IMG/VR virus record: IMGVR_UViG_3300002138_000190
Coordinates: 90,516 to 115,879 of that record
Origin: a virus
Length of the DNA stretch: 25,364 nucleotides
Direction: 5' to 3' (one strand)
A model generated the notes under the pieces. It was not told the DNA's origin, made no database searches, and saw nothing but the letters and a program-made list of their open reading frames with translations. Shown piece by piece: positions 24,202 through 25,364 of the stretch (the stretch's first letter is position 1; each line of letters opens with the position of its first letter). A program made the position numbers and the translations under genes.

Positions 24202-24699
24202 TTAAATTCTTTCAACACCTCTAGGAGGTGTTACATTATCTTCATCATGCCAAGGATTTTCATTTCTACCACTATTTCCAGTTACAAAGTTTTTTATTTG
24301 TCCAAATATGTTAGGTTTATTTGTTTGTCCACCTGTTTTATCAATAAAATATTTCAAAGCAAGATATGACTTCTCTAGCATTTTTTCTATGTCTTGTTTT
24401 ACTGATCCAATACCATGCATTCCACCTTGTACAGTTTTCTTGCTGGTTTTTATCAAATTGACTAATTCTCTTGCAAAATCATTAAGTAGGCCCATAACTC
24501 GATTGCCTTCTGATGAATCTTCCAATCTAAATTTGTTTTGAATCATAGTGATGACTGATGAGGCATTAATTAAAAAAGCGTCTTTTCCTTCAAAATCTTT
24601 CATTGCAGCATTTTGCAACTTAACAAATATTGCATCATGTGCAAAATTTTCCACCAACATGTTTTGTTTACTTGCTACAAATTCATTAAATGTTTTCAT
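24202..24699 (-). CDS. Probable internal head protein with T4 CTS-like N-terminus
   Basis: SD AAGGT (24706-24710) abuts the 24705 ATG but is 6 nt from the 24699 ATG, giving MKTFNEFVASKQNMLVE. Confidence 0.8.
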   Translation of the reverse strand: MKTFNEFVASKQNMLVENFAHDAIFVKLQNAAMKDFEGKDAFLINASSVITMIQNKFRLEDSSEGNRVMGLLNDFARELVNLIKTSKKTVQGGMHGIGSVKQDIEKMLEKSYLALKYFIDKTGGQTNKPNIFGQIKNFVTGNSGRNENPWHDEDNVTPPRGVERI

Positions 24700-24756
24700 C
24701 TTCATACCTTTTAATATTAAATTATCAATGTAGTATATATATTGTTAAAGGAAAAA

Positions 24757-25364
24757 ATGAATAAATTATTAAGTATTGTTTTTTTAACTTTTGTTTCAAA
24801 TTTTGCTATATCGCAACAACCTAGATACAGATTTATATTACCTCCAACACCTCCACAGCCACCAGCATTGAACAATACGGTTCAAGCTCAAATATCTAAT
24901 CAAAACATTAATTTTAATACTGGAAGTAGTAGTGGTTTTGGTGGGGGGTTTGGCGGTGGCGGTTTCCAACAAAATACAGGTGGCATTCAAGGTACTGCAC
25001 AATATACACAAAATAATACTCCAGGAATGCAAATCTCTAAACTTTATCAAATTCCACTTTCTACAGGTGGTGGATTTAGCCAAGGAGGTGGTCAATTTGG
25101 TCAAGGTGGAGGTGGTAATATGGTTGGTGGTCAATTTGGTCAAGGTGGCGGTGGATTTGGCCAAGGAGGTGGTCAATTTGGTCAAGGTGGCGGTGGATTT
25201 GGCCAAGGAGGTGGTCAATTTGGTCAAGGTGGCGGTGGATTTGGCCAAGGAGGTGGTCAATTTGGTCAAGGTGGCGGTGGATTTGGCCAAGGAGGTGGTC
25301 AATTTGGTCAAGGTGGCGGTGGATTTGGCCAAGGAGGTGGTCAATTTGGTCAAGGTGGCGGTGG
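24757..25364 (+). CDS. Secreted Pro-then-Gly/Gln/Phe-rich repeat protein (partial, runs off window end; absent from ORF track)
   Basis: SD AAAGGA; MNKLLSIVFLTFVSNFAISQQPRYRFILPPTPPQPPAL...GFGGGFGGGG...(GGQFGQGGGGFGQG)n; the frame is open to the last base. Confidence 0.85.
   Translation, partial: MNKLLSIVFLTFVSNFAISQQPRYRFILPPTPPQPPALNNTVQAQISNQNINFNTGSSSGFGGGFGGGGFQQNTGGIQGTAQYTQNNTPGMQISKLYQIPLSTGGGFSQGGGQFGQGGGGNMVGGQFGQGGGGFGQGGGQFGQGGGGFGQGGGQFGQGGGGFGQGGGQFGQGGGGFGQGGGQFGQGGGGFGQGGGQFGQGGG
25126..25364 (+). repeat. Perfect 42-bp tandem repeat, 5 full copies plus 29 nt, with a degenerate copy upstream
   Basis: Unit GGTGGTCAATTTGGTCAAGGTGGCGGTGGATTTGGCCAAGGA at 25126, 25168, 25210, 25252, 25294 and 25336 (partial). 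Confidence 0.97.

Noticed and set aside
24308-24733. Two + strand ORFs (77 and 61 aa)
   Set aside because: They are antisense to the 24202-24699 gene, which has an SD and a recognisable N-terminal motif.
24838-25353. 171-aa minus-strand ORF with TLTKLTTSLAKSTA repeats
   Set aside because: It is the antisense shadow of the + strand Gly-rich gene, which has an SD, an ATG and a signal peptide.
25126-25364. Repeat array as a CRISPR
   Set aside because: The units are head-to-tail with no unique spacers, are a multiple of 3 in length and are in a coding frame; no cas genes were seen.
1-25364. Eukaryotic giant virus origin (suggested by AT richness, LRR and sugar genes)
   Set aside because: SD sequences, a sigma70 promoter, an intrinsic terminator, overlapping operonic genes and bacterial-type tRNAs indicate a bacterial host.
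1-25364. Stop-codon reassignment
   Set aside because: Code 11 already gives near-complete coding density with intact domains; TAA, TAG and TGA all end genes, and no suppressor tRNA is present.

Overview
Very AT-rich (roughly one-quarter GC by eye), gene-dense window read with the standard bacterial code. It is most consistent with a large T4-related or jumbo bacteriophage genome. Supporting signs are T4-type capsid-targeting-like N-termini (MKTFNEF...LVE), ATAAATA/CTAAATA/TATATA late-promoter-like motifs, a GP88-like gene, and CCA-less tRNAs interrupted by an HNH endonuclease. About 18.4 kb (356-18707) is a glycan biosynthesis and decoration island in four alternating gene blocks. It holds about 6 glycosyltransferase-like genes, an RmlD-like reductase, an NAD-dependent epimerase, an SDR, two DegT-family PLP enzymes (one a His-type dehydratase), WbqC, an acetyltransferase, an Stf0-type sulfotransferase, PhyH and TauD dioxygenases, and a radical SAM enzyme. 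It also carries unexpected passengers (MOSC, flavodoxin, LRR protein). No wzx/wzy/ABC export genes were seen. The island is followed by tRNA-Thr(TGT, long variable arm), tRNA-CAT (probably Ile2), HNH, tRNA-Asn(GTT), a second sulfotransferase, and a set of probable late/virion genes. The window ends inside a signal-peptide-bearing Gly/Gln/Phe repeat protein that the ORF track missed. All family calls come from motif recognition by eye; no searches were run.
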